This document shows, piece after piece, positions 18,960 to 27,657 of a DNA stretch of 64,000 nt. The DNA comes from an archaeon. Its GTDB lineage: Archaea > Nanobdellota > Nanobdellia > Woesearchaeales > GW2011-AR9. Each line of letters starts with the position of its first letter. Positions within the stretch are counted from its first letter, which is position 1. The stretch is taken from NCBI GenBank assembly GCA_018670085.1, contig JABHRS010000008.1:70136-134135 (forward strand). Direction: 5' to 3'. Under the pieces are notes generated by a model. That model did not search any database and was not told the DNA's origin. It saw nothing but the letters and a program-made list of their open reading frames with translations. The translations under genes and the position numbers were made by a program.

Positions 18960-20882
18960 ATGACTAATAATTCTACTGAGCAAGATTCAAAGCTACTTGA
19001 AGAACAGATTCTTCAAAATAGTAACTACTCTGAACAAGATCAATTATTATTCAAAAAAGCAATTGAACTTGCTAAAAAAACATTGGCTGATAAGAAAAGG
19101 TTAGCAGGTGATAGTTTCTTTGACCATAATTTAAGGGTAGCTAATTATTTACAATCAATTAAATCAGCTCCAGAAGTTGTCGCAGCAGGACTGGTACATG
19201 CTATCATTAAATATATCCCAGAAAGAGAACTTCATGATTTTTTCAAAGAGAGAGGGAAAGATATTTTGGCTCTTGTTAAGGGAGTTGAAGAGATTACAGT
19301 TATTAAAAATAAAAACTTAAAATTAACAGCTGAAGCACTTCGAAAAATTCTTTTAACTACAATAAAAGATGCTAGAATAATCCTAATTAAATTAGCTGAC
19401 AAATTAGATAATTTGGCAGATGTGACGGTTTTAAGTGTAGATGAGCAACAAAGAATTTGCCAAGAAATACTTGATATGTATGCTCCACTTGCATATAGGT
19501 TAGGAGTTGAGAAATTTAAAATTCAATTAGAAGATTTAGCACTTAAGGTGTTAAACCCTGAGGAATTCAATAATATTTCAAAATTTTTAGAACATTCTAA
19601 ACAAGAAAGAGATGAGCTGATCTCTTTGTTAATTCAAGAGATTAAAACTAAGTTAAAATCCGTAGATTTGAAGAGTGTTAAGGGAAGAAGTAAACATGTT
19701 TACAGTATTCATAAAAAAATTGCTGAGAGGGGAGTTGCACTTGAAGATCATTATGATCACTTAGCGATTAGAATAATTGTTGAAAATGAAAGAGAATGTT
19801 ACGAAGTGTTGGGATTTTTGCATGAATTTCATGAAATTCTTGAAAGTAGATTAAAGGATTACATTGCTAATCCTAAACCAAATGGATATCAATCTATTCA
19901 TACAGGAATTTTATTCAATAATAAAAGAGTAGAAGTTCAAATTCGAACACAACAAATGGATGAGTTTGCAGAAGAAGGACTTGCTGCTCATTGGAGATAT
20001 AAAGGTGGAAAAGGCGAAGCTGATTTTGAACGACGAATGGGCTGGCTTAAAGGAGTACTTGATTTAAATCAAGATTCAACTGCAAGAGAGTTCTTAGAAC
20101 ATGTGAATGTGGATTTATTCACAGATGAGATATACTGTTACACCCCAAAAGGAGAAGTTAGGTATTATCCAAAGGGCGCTGGAGTACTTGATTTCGCTTA
20201 CTCTATTCATGAAAAAGTAGGGAGTTGTGCTATCGGAGCTAGAGTTAATGGACAATTTTTACCGCTTAGAACAAAATTAAAATCAGGTGATGTAATTGAA
20301 ATTATCACTGCAAAAAATCAAGTGCCTGGCCGTGGTTGGTTAAAATGGGTAAAGTCACCTCGAGCTAAACAAAAAATTAGGAAGGCGCTGAAGGAGCATA
20401 AAGGACTTCCAGCAATGCGATACTCCAAGTTTAAACCAGTAATTCAAACAGAATATGATACTTTGGTTCATTCTTTGAAATATGAAAATGCGGCTTGTGT
20501 ACTTGCAAAATGTTGTCAGCCAATTCCTCCTCAAAAAATAGTTGGAATTGTAACTAAAAAAAGATTAATTTCTATTCATGAAGTAGAATGTCGTCAAGCC
20601 ATCAAAGTTCAAGATCGCTGGGAAACTGTAGAATGGAAAGAACAATTTAACAAAGCCTTGCAGTTTCATGTAATTGCAGTAGAAAGAAGTGGGTTGTTAG
20701 CTGATTTATTGCATACAATTGCAAATGCAAAATTTGAAGTTAGAGAAGCTAAAGCAAAAGTGGAAGGCACTGGTCGAAATCAATGTAGTTTTGTGATTAT
20801 CCCTCAAAGTTTAAACAGAATAGTTGAATTAATTGATAGAGTGCGTAAAGTAAAAGGAGTGAAAAAAATATTTTTTGAATAG
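18960..20882 (+). CDS. long RelA/SpoT homologue (pseudo-HD, synthetase, TGS, Cys-rich helical/ZFD and ACT/RRM regions)
   Basis: Synthetase motifs GRSKHVYSIHKKI, DHLAIRIIV, RLKDYIANPKPNGYQSIHT and EVQIRTQQMDEFAEEGLAAHWRYK. TGS: YCYTPKGEVRYYPKGAGVLDFAYSIH. The HD site is degenerate (GLVHAIIKY instead of LLHDxxED; LADKLDNL instead of ADRLHNM). Confidence 0.85.
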   Translation: MTNNSTEQDSKLLEEQILQNSNYSEQDQLLFKKAIELAKKTLADKKRLAGDSFFDHNLRVANYLQSIKSAPEVVAAGLVHAIIKYIPERELHDFFKERGKDILALVKGVEEITVIKNKNLKLTAEALRKILLTTIKDARIILIKLADKLDNLADVTVLSVDEQQRICQEILDMYAPLAYRLGVEKFKIQLEDLALKVLNPEEFNNISKFLEHSKQERDELISLLIQEIKTKLKSVDLKSVKGRSKHVYSIHKKIAERGVALEDHYDHLAIRIIVENERECYEVLGFLHEFHEILESRLKDYIANPKPNGYQSIHTGILFNNKRVEVQIRTQQMDEFAEEGLAAHWRYKGGKGEADFERRMGWLKGVLDLNQDSTAREFLEHVNVDLFTDEIYCYTPKGEVRYYPKGAGVLDFAYSIHEKVGSCAIGARVNGQFLPLRTKLKSGDVIEIITAKNQVPGRGWLKWVKSPRAKQKIRKALKEHKGLPAMRYSKFKPVIQTEYDTLVHSLKYENAACVLAKCCQPIPPQKIVGIVTKKRLISIHEVECRQAIKVQDRWETVEWKEQFNKALQFHVIAVERSGLLADLLHTIANAKFEVREAKAKVEGTGRNQCSFVIIPQSLNRIVELIDRVRKVKGVKKIFFE

Positions 20883-20918
20883 ATTTTTAATATATTGTTG
20901 AATTGTTAAGGTATAAAC

Positions 20919-21353
20919 ATGAAAGAGAGAAGAAATGTAAGAGCAATATTGTTTGATGACTCTAAAGGTGAAATAAATTTTTTGCTTTTATATGCGCGAA
21001 AAGAATATTGGCAGTTTCCTCAAGGTGGAGTCGATAAAGGTGAAACTGAAGTTGATGCTGTACAAAGAGAAGTTATGGAAGAAACCGGTCTTAGAATTTG
21101 GAAAAGAGATGTTCTCAAAAAAAGCAAAGTAGATACAATTTATTTTGCTGAACGAGATAGGGAACCAATAAAGGTGTTACTCTCTGCATATGCTGTAAAG
21201 GTTAACAGTGATAAGGATGTGGTTATAGGTAGAGGCGGAGATGCACATCAAGATTATCAATGGGTAAAATTGGATAGAGTTTTGAAGTTACTCACTAAAT
21301 ACCCTGAACAATTAAAGATATTTAAGAAAGTAGCTGAATTAATGGATTTTTGA
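20919..21353 (+). CDS. Nudix hydrolase
   Basis: Nudix box GGVDKGETEVDAVQREVMEETGL (GX5EX7REUXEEXGU). 144 aa. Confidence 0.85.
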   Translation: MKERRNVRAILFDDSKGEINFLLLYARKEYWQFPQGGVDKGETEVDAVQREVMEETGLRIWKRDVLKKSKVDTIYFAERDREPIKVLLSAYAVKVNSDKDVVIGRGGDAHQDYQWVKLDRVLKLLTKYPEQLKIFKKVAELMDF

Positions 21354-21401
21354 TTTGTATATTTTAATTATCATAAACTATTACAATAATTTTTGAGTTA
21401 A

Positions 21402-22382
21402 TTACAGTTTTTCTAATAACAATGGAAATAGTCCTGGGGGAATAATATTACCTCTAGGTTCTGCATATAATAACATAATTTTCTCAATTTCAAATACATG
21501 ACCATAAACTTTACGAATTTCGTTCATTATTTTTTTGAATTCTAATGGGTTTTTTGCAAAAATTCCAACTTCAATACTAGTTTGGACTGCAGGTCTTACA
21601 AATGAACTGACATTTGGATGTGATTTAATGTATGCAATAAATTTTTTTTCTTCTTGAAGAGAATTACCATAAATATTAAATTGAGCATAATATCTTTGAA
21701 TTCCAATTTTATCTTGATCAAAATGAATGGTATAATTTTTTATTATTCCTGAATTTTCCAAATTAGTCATTCTTTTTTTTAATGTGGGGAAGGAGATATT
21801 TATTTTTTTGGAAATTGATCTTAAATCAATTCTTGCATCATAAGACAGAATTTTAATTATTTCAATATCCTTCTCTTTTAATTGAATTTTAATCTCTTTT
21901 TTCTTAGATTTAGATATTTTTCCTTGAGTGCTTGAAAAATATCTACTTGGGAATACATCCATCTCTAATTGAGTAGTTAGTTCAAATTCATTGATTAAAT
22001 TAAACATCTGTTTTTTGAGATCAGATAGGTATTGATCTAACTGAGACATGTCTTGGGTGAATACATCATAGATTAAATTCCATTTTCCAGGAGTTAAGGT
22101 GGTCCAACCAACTAAGGGATGAGAGATTATTTTTTTAACAAGAGCATCCATATCTTTGGCATTTTGAAATGAGAGAAATATAATATGGTGCAAAAAACCA
22201 AGTTTTTGGTAATCTACTGAAATTGTGAAATTAGTAATTACTTTTTTTTCAACTAATCTTTGAATTCGATAATGAGTGCTCTCCCGGCTCATTCCAATTT
22301 TTTTTGCAATATGACCAGTTGGAGTTCTGCAATTTTGAGATAGCAATTTGAGAATTTGTACATCTTTTTTGTCTAACTTCAT
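21402..22382 (-). CDS. tandem (duplicated) Lrp/AsnC-family transcription regulator
   Basis: Two HTH+RAM units: DVQILKLLSQNCRTPTGHIAKKIGMSRESTHYRIQRLVEKKVI and DIEIIKILSYDARIDLRSISKKINISFPTLKKRMTNLENSGII. Confidence 0.75.
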   Translation of the reverse strand: MKLDKKDVQILKLLSQNCRTPTGHIAKKIGMSRESTHYRIQRLVEKKVITNFTISVDYQKLGFLHHIIFLSFQNAKDMDALVKKIISHPLVGWTTLTPGKWNLIYDVFTQDMSQLDQYLSDLKKQMFNLINEFELTTQLEMDVFPSRYFSSTQGKISKSKKKEIKIQLKEKDIEIIKILSYDARIDLRSISKKINISFPTLKKRMTNLENSGIIKNYTIHFDQDKIGIQRYYAQFNIYGNSLQEEKKFIAYIKSHPNVSSFVRPAVQTSIEVGIFAKNPLEFKKIMNEIRKVYGHVFEIEKIMLLYAEPRGNIIPPGLFPLLLEKL

Positions 22383-22405
22383 ACTTGTTTAGATTATTTT
22401 CCTTA

Positions 22406-22414
22406 TTTATAAAT
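22406..22414 (-). promoter_or_regulatory. TATA box (ATTTATAAA on minus strand) of the Lrp-like gene
   Basis: Its 5' end is 32 nt upstream of ATG 22382. Confidence 0.45.
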
Positions 22415-22472
22415 TATTTGGGTATTTTTTTAATTTTAGTAAATATTATTCAGAGTATTTTTCTTATTATAA

Positions 22473-23486
22473 TTAAAGAATTTTAACCAAATCAACTAAG
22501 CGACAACTATAACCCCATTCATTATCATACCAAGCAACTATCTTGACAGTATTGTTACCAAGTACCTTGGTTAGCTTACTATCAATAATTGCAGAGTGTG
22601 GGTTACCAATAATGTCTTTGGACACTAAATCATGTGTTGAGTATTCTAATATCCCTTTGAGTTTTCCTTTACTTGCTTTTTCTAAAACTTTATTCACTGT
22701 CTCAACCGTTACTTTCTTTTTTGTTTGAATTACAAAATCAGTGACGCTGCCATCTGGAATTGGAACACGAAAAGCTGTGCCTCTGATCTTTCCTTTTAAT
22801 ATTGGGAGAACCTCGGTAGTTGCAATATCAGCTCCAGTTGAAGATGGGATTATATTAACAGCAGCTGCTCTTGCTCTTCGTAAATCTTTATGTGGACCAT
22901 CAACTAATCTTTGGGTTGAGGTATAACCATGAATTGTGGTAAAAAAACAATTAGTAATTCCAAAACTATCTTGAATTACTTTTAATGTTGGTGCTACACT
23001 GTTTGTTGTACAAGAAGCATTAGAGATTATATGAACTGATTTTTTGGTTTTTTTGTAATCTTTTTCGTTTACTCCATAAACTATTGTTTGATGTTTAGTT
23101 TTAGTGTTGTCTTTTGGTTTAGCTGGAGCTGAAAGTAGAACTTTTTTGGCACCAGCAAATAGATGCAGAGTCGCAAAATCTGGATTTGTAAAAAATCCTG
23201 TAGATTCAAGAACAATATCAACTTTTAATTTTTTCCAAGGCAATTTAGCGGGATCTTTTTCTGCAAAAATAGGGATTGATTGATTTGCAATTTTGATACC
23301 TGTTTTAGTTGCGGTGACATTTTTTGGAAATTTTCCATGTACAGAATCATATTGAAATAATGTTGCTAAAGTTTCTGGATGAGTAAGGTCGTTTATAGCT
23401 ACAACCTTAATCTTTTTGTCTGTCAATGCTGCTTTTAAGAACATTCTTCCAATTCTACCAAATCCATTAATTGCAACTCTTACCAT
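22473..23486 (-). CDS. gap: glyceraldehyde-3-phosphate dehydrogenase, type I (bacterial/eukaryotic type)
   Basis: VAINGFGRIGR, SNASCTTNS (catalytic Cys) and WYDNEWGYS. 337 aa. Confidence 0.9.
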   Translation of the reverse strand: MVRVAINGFGRIGRMFLKAALTDKKIKVVAINDLTHPETLATLFQYDSVHGKFPKNVTATKTGIKIANQSIPIFAEKDPAKLPWKKLKVDIVLESTGFFTNPDFATLHLFAGAKKVLLSAPAKPKDNTKTKHQTIVYGVNEKDYKKTKKSVHIISNASCTTNSVAPTLKVIQDSFGITNCFFTTIHGYTSTQRLVDGPHKDLRRARAAAVNIIPSSTGADIATTEVLPILKGKIRGTAFRVPIPDGSVTDFVIQTKKKVTVETVNKVLEKASKGKLKGILEYSTHDLVSKDIIGNPHSAIIDSKLTKVLGNNTVKIVAWYDNEWGYSCRLVDLVKIL

Positions 23487-23506
23487 TATTAATCACCGAT
23501 TTTTTA

Positions 23507-23515
23507 TTTTAATAT
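23507..23515 (-). promoter_or_regulatory. TATA box (ATATTAAAA on minus strand) of gap
   Basis: Its 5' end is 29 nt upstream of ATG 23486. Confidence 0.45.
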
Positions 23516-23657
23516 GGTTAGTAAATAGTTCAGCTTTTAATAGCTTTGGATTTTTGTTTATTGTTTTTTCTTTTTTTAATGTGTGGTATTTGATGAGGTA
23601 CTTGAAAATAAGTTGCGATAAAGAAACGTTTATATTAGATGAACTCTTTATTTATGT

Positions 23658-23687
23658 AATTAAACATAATTAAACATAATTAAACAA
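23658..23687. repeat. three tandem 10-mers AATTAAACA(T/A) in a promoter region
   Basis: Read directly. The last unit sits at the -30 position relative to ATG 23705. Confidence 0.6.
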
Positions 23688-23704
23688 TTTTGATAACAAT
23701 AAAG

Positions 23705-24640
23705 ATGGCTGTAAGAAAAAATAAAGAAGATGTATTCTTATCATTTCATTTAAGAAATACCAGAAATGCAGCAATTTTAAGTTTTGTAGTATATTTTTTA
23801 TTCATTTTTGCAGTTGCATGGTTTGCAATTGAAGAATTGTTCACAGTGTTTATCGGGTTTTCTCCAGTATTTATTTTTCTATTACTAATGTTTGTGTTAT
23901 TTTATTTAGATCTTGCAATTGCTGAGTTAGTTTACTTACTTCCAATTGCATTGTCAGCAATTTTTTATGGATTGTGGTTTTTTGATGTTTCAATAGTACT
24001 TAGTGGTATGAATGGACCAATGTTGACAGTTCTAAACATTATTGTGTCTTTTGTATTCGCGGCAGTTCTTAGCATTTTACATCCGCAAGGGGTTGATAAG
24101 GTACAAGGTGGTCTTGGGTTCAAGATAGAACATCCTGCACCAATTGTGAAAGACAGTAAAGAAGATATTAACTTTGAGACAACTCATGCGAAGCCAGTTC
24201 CATCTGTTTTGAAATTACCAGATAAGCCAATGTCAGTTACTATCCGAGGGATAGAAGATAAATGTAAAGCAATTAATTTTGTGATTGGTAGGGTTTACAG
24301 TGCTAAACGTGGTGGAAGTAAAGAAATAAGAGGAATGATCGGAATTCCTAAAGAATTATATAATGCTTTTAGTGAATTAGTTCAAGGAGATGAAGTTGTT
24401 GATAATAAAAGATTACTTGGGGTTGTTGAACAAATATCTGGTAGACTAAACCAATTAGATACAAAAGAGTCAGAATTATTTGATCTTAAAAGAGCAAAGA
24501 TTGAAGTGGATAGAGCAGAAAATGGGAGTGATACTGTGCTTTCTGTCTTGTCTAGAAATGATAAAGACCCAGTTGAAGAATATCGAAGTGAGGCACTGGA
24601 AGTTTGTTCTCAAGTTATTGAGTACCTAAAAATGATCTAA
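23705..24640 (+). CDS. membrane protein of unknown function (about 4 TM helices plus a soluble C-terminal domain)
   Basis: The ORF track starts at TTG 23690. ATG 23705 (MAVRKNKED) fits the -30 TATA-like spacing. Hydrophobic N-terminal 120 aa. No recognisable motif. Confidence 0.5.
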   Translation: MAVRKNKEDVFLSFHLRNTRNAAILSFVVYFLFIFAVAWFAIEELFTVFIGFSPVFIFLLLMFVLFYLDLAIAELVYLLPIALSAIFYGLWFFDVSIVLSGMNGPMLTVLNIIVSFVFAAVLSILHPQGVDKVQGGLGFKIEHPAPIVKDSKEDINFETTHAKPVPSVLKLPDKPMSVTIRGIEDKCKAINFVIGRVYSAKRGGSKEIRGMIGIPKELYNAFSELVQGDEVVDNKRLLGVVEQISGRLNQLDTKESELFDLKRAKIEVDRAENGSDTVLSVLSRNDKDPVEEYRSEALEVCSQVIEYLKMI

Positions 24641-24673
24641 TAATCACTAGATTCGTATTTGATTCAACAAGTA

Positions 24674-24681
24674 TTTTAAAG
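24674..24681 (+). promoter_or_regulatory. TATA box (TTTTAAAG)
   Basis: Starts 30 nt upstream of ATG 24704. Confidence 0.5.
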
Positions 24682-24703
24682 CAGCTTTAAGTTTAATGAT
24701 TCT

Positions 24704-25663
24704 ATGCCAAAACTTGAAATTATGCCAATAGCTGACACAATAGTGTTTAAACCAAAATTTATTGAAAGATATAGTAAACTCACTGATTGGGATGAGTTCA
24801 AAAAATACTGTTTAGCATTTCTACCTCGGAGTATTAGGGTGAATACACTTAAAGCAAATGTTGCTGATGTGAAAAAATCAATTGAAGCTAAAGGGTGGAT
24901 TCTTGAAGCAATCCCATGGTGTGATACAGGTTTTTGGATACATCATCCAGATCGACGGGATACTGGAAATTTACTTGAACATAAGTTAGGATATATTTAC
25001 ATTCAAGAGTCAGTTAGTATGCTTCCTCCTTTATTCTTAGACCCGAAACCTGGAGAAATGGTCTTGGATATGTGCGCTGCACCGGGAAGTAAAACTAGTC
25101 AAATTGCAACTATGATGAAAAATGAAGGTTTATTGCTTGCTAATGATTATAGGGGACAGAGAATCCAGTCTCTTGGGATTAATTTGCAGCGAATGGGTGT
25201 GACTAATTGTGTTGTGACTTTAATGAATGGAGAGAAATTTTCAGGTCTCACTTGTGATAAAATTTTAGTTGATGCACCTTGTAGTGGAACTGGGACTATT
25301 CGAAAAAGCTTGAAAACAATTCGAATTTGGAACCCTAAAATGCTTCGTAAAATTTCTAATCAGCAGAAAAAGCTACTTATGACTGCTTGGAAAAATGTAG
25401 TTCCAGGTGGAGTTGTTGTTTATTCAACTTGTAGCCTTGAACCTGAAGAAAACGAAGCTGTAGTGACTTGGCTTTTGGAAAACGTTGATGATGCTGAACT
25501 TGAAGAAGTAAAGTTGCCAGGACTCAAAGTTGGAAAAGCAGTTAAGGAATTTGAAGGTGCTGTTTACCATAAAGATATTGATAAGGTTTGTAGAGTTTGG
25601 CCGCAGGATAATAATACTGAGGGATTTTTCGTAGCTAAATTTCGCAAGAAAGATAACGATTAA
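24704..25663 (+). CDS. NOL1/NOP2/Sun-family RNA (cytosine-C5)-methyltransferase
   Basis: DMCAAPGSKT (SAM site), DAPCSGTGTIRK and YSTCSLEPEENE (the two catalytic Cys motifs). Confidence 0.85.
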   Translation: MPKLEIMPIADTIVFKPKFIERYSKLTDWDEFKKYCLAFLPRSIRVNTLKANVADVKKSIEAKGWILEAIPWCDTGFWIHHPDRRDTGNLLEHKLGYIYIQESVSMLPPLFLDPKPGEMVLDMCAAPGSKTSQIATMMKNEGLLLANDYRGQRIQSLGINLQRMGVTNCVVTLMNGEKFSGLTCDKILVDAPCSGTGTIRKSLKTIRIWNPKMLRKISNQQKKLLMTAWKNVVPGGVVVYSTCSLEPEENEAVVTWLLENVDDAELEEVKLPGLKVGKAVKEFEGAVYHKDIDKVCRVWPQDNNTEGFFVAKFRKKDND

Positions 25664-25701
25664 TAATTTGGATCAATAGTTTCTTTAATCCAAGAATTTA
25701 G

Positions 25702-25711
25702 TTTTTTTTTT
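25702..25711 (+). terminator. oligo-T tract (T10) followed by further T-rich runs
   Basis: Lies about 40 nt downstream of stop 25663. Confidence 0.4.
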
Positions 25712-25792
25712 GCAACTTGTTTTTTCTGATTTTTTTATTTTTTTTATTTTTTAATTGAAAAGTGATCTGTTTATTATTTGTTAAATCAAACA

Positions 25793-25800
25793 TTTTAAAT
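25793..25800 (+). promoter_or_regulatory. TATA box (TTTTAAAT)
   Basis: Starts 30 nt upstream of ATG 25823. Confidence 0.5.
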
Positions 25801-25822
25801 GGTCAAAGTAATTTCTTTGTAA

Positions 25823-27595
25823 ATGATGGATATTAAGAAAATTCTAAACGAACCTGTACTCTACATGTTTCGAAAAACTTGGAGATTTTCAGAGGGAAAT
25901 CGGTTGAAAGTAATTTTTTACTTATGCTGTTTTATTATTTCAAATTCCATTTATTTGCTTTGGCCACTAGTAATGGCTGAAATATTAAATCTGGTTCAGA
26001 CAGGTGGAATGAGTTTAGACAATTTACCTAAAATTATTTTATTGTTGAGTTCTTTTGTTTTAATCACACTTGGTTTTTGGCTATTTCATGGACCAGCTAG
26101 AGTGATTGAACATAATAATGCTTTTTTAGTTAGAGCAAAGTACAAAAAATATTTACTTGATGGAGTAATGAACTTGCCCGCTGCTTGGCATACCAATCAT
26201 CATTCAGGAGATACTATTGATAGAATCGAAAAATCAAGTAGGGCGTTACATGACTTTGCACATGATACTTATGAAGTGATTGAAACTGTAGTTCAATTAA
26301 TTGGGGCGTATATAGCTTTAATTTATTTTAATGTTCATTCAAGCTATTTTGTGATCACAATTGGAATTATGGCAGTAATAGTTATTTTGCTTTTTGATCG
26401 AGTTTTAATTAGGCAGTATTACAAATTGAACAGAGAAGAGAATAAAATTTCCGCTAAAATTTATGATACTGTGGGTAACATCACTACAGTGATTATTTTA
26501 CGAATTGAAAAATTGTTATCTAAATCTATTTGGAAAAGAATGATTGCGCCTTATAATTTGTCATCACAGAATGTAAAAATTGATGAGACAAAATGGTTTG
26601 TAGTTTCAATCTTGACATCTTTGATGTTTTTGACCGTAATGGGTTCTTATATTGTGTTTGAATTGCGTGCAGGTGCTGTGATCTTAGTTGGAACTTTGGC
26701 TGCGTTATATGGATATATTGATATGATTAATCATTTGTTTTTCAGATTCGCCTATAGATATGGTGATATTGTGAAATTCAAAACTGCAATGCTTAATGGT
26801 GAGGAAATTGCAGTACAGTTTGAGAAATTGAAAAAGGTTAAAACAGTAAACTTGCCCAAAGCATGGAAGGAAATTTCTGTTAATGGATTATCTTTCTCAT
26901 ACACAGGGGCTAGTAAGGATTTGAGTGATGTCTCTTTATCATTTAGGCATGGGGAAAAAATCGCTTTGGTTGGAGAGAGTGGAAGTGGGAAAACTACATT
27001 TATGAAAATTATGCGTAATTTATACTCAATGAAATCTGGAAAAGTGTTTGTTGATGGAGAAAAGTTGATTGGAGGATTTGCTGCAATTGGGCCGTCAGTA
27101 TCTTTAATCCCTCAAGAGCCAGAAATTTTTGCAACTAATATCTTGGAAAATATCACCATGGGTGTTCGTCATCCATTTTCGGTTGTTAAAGTTTATACAG
27201 ATATGGCGGAGTTCACTAGAGTAGCTAATGGACTTCCTAATAAATTTAAGTCTTCAATAGTTGAAAAAGGAGTGAACCTTAGTGGTGGACAAAAACAAAG
27301 GCTTGCGCTTGCTCGTGGTTTGCTTGCTTCAGTTGATAAAGAAATTGTATTACTTGATGAGTCAACTAGCAGTGTTGATACTTTAACTGAGAGAAAAATT
27401 TATCATAATATTTTTAAGAAGTTCAGGAATAAAACTATTATTGTGTCAGTTCACAGATTACATCTTTTGCCAGAATTTGATAGAATTATGTACTTTTCTA
27501 AAGGAAAATTAATTGGGGTTGGAACTTTACTTGAGCTTCGACGTAGTAGTCGAAGTTTTGCGAATTTATGGCATAAATATAAAAATTTAAAATAA
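25823..27595 (+). CDS. ABC exporter, fused permease-ATPase (ABCB/MsbA-like half transporter)
   Basis: N-terminal multi-TM domain. Walker A GESGSGKTT, signature LSGGQKQRLALAR, Walker B VLLDESTSSVD. Confidence 0.85.
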   Translation: MMDIKKILNEPVLYMFRKTWRFSEGNRLKVIFYLCCFIISNSIYLLWPLVMAEILNLVQTGGMSLDNLPKIILLLSSFVLITLGFWLFHGPARVIEHNNAFLVRAKYKKYLLDGVMNLPAAWHTNHHSGDTIDRIEKSSRALHDFAHDTYEVIETVVQLIGAYIALIYFNVHSSYFVITIGIMAVIVILLFDRVLIRQYYKLNREENKISAKIYDTVGNITTVIILRIEKLLSKSIWKRMIAPYNLSSQNVKIDETKWFVVSILTSLMFLTVMGSYIVFELRAGAVILVGTLAALYGYIDMINHLFFRFAYRYGDIVKFKTAMLNGEEIAVQFEKLKKVKTVNLPKAWKEISVNGLSFSYTGASKDLSDVSLSFRHGEKIALVGESGSGKTTFMKIMRNLYSMKSGKVFVDGEKLIGGFAAIGPSVSLIPQEPEIFATNILENITMGVRHPFSVVKVYTDMAEFTRVANGLPNKFKSSIVEKGVNLSGGQKQRLALARGLLASVDKEIVLLDESTSSVDTLTERKIYHNIFKKFRNKTIIVSVHRLHLLPEFDRIMYFSKGKLIGVGTLLELRRSSRSFANLWHKYKNLK

Positions 27596-27627
27596 TTATC
27601 TGAAGATGCTTCGCTACACTAACAATC

Positions 27628-27635
27628 TTTTTAAG
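27628..27635 (+). promoter_or_regulatory. TATA box (TTTTTAAG)
   Basis: Starts 30 nt upstream of ATG 27658. Confidence 0.5.
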
Positions 27636-27657
27636 TGGTAAATCGCATTATATTGTT

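Noticed and set aside
23416-23673. 85-aa plus-strand ORF
   Set aside because: It starts antisense within the 5' end of gap and runs through the gap promoter and an AT-rich spacer. The peptide is hydrophobic and low-complexity.
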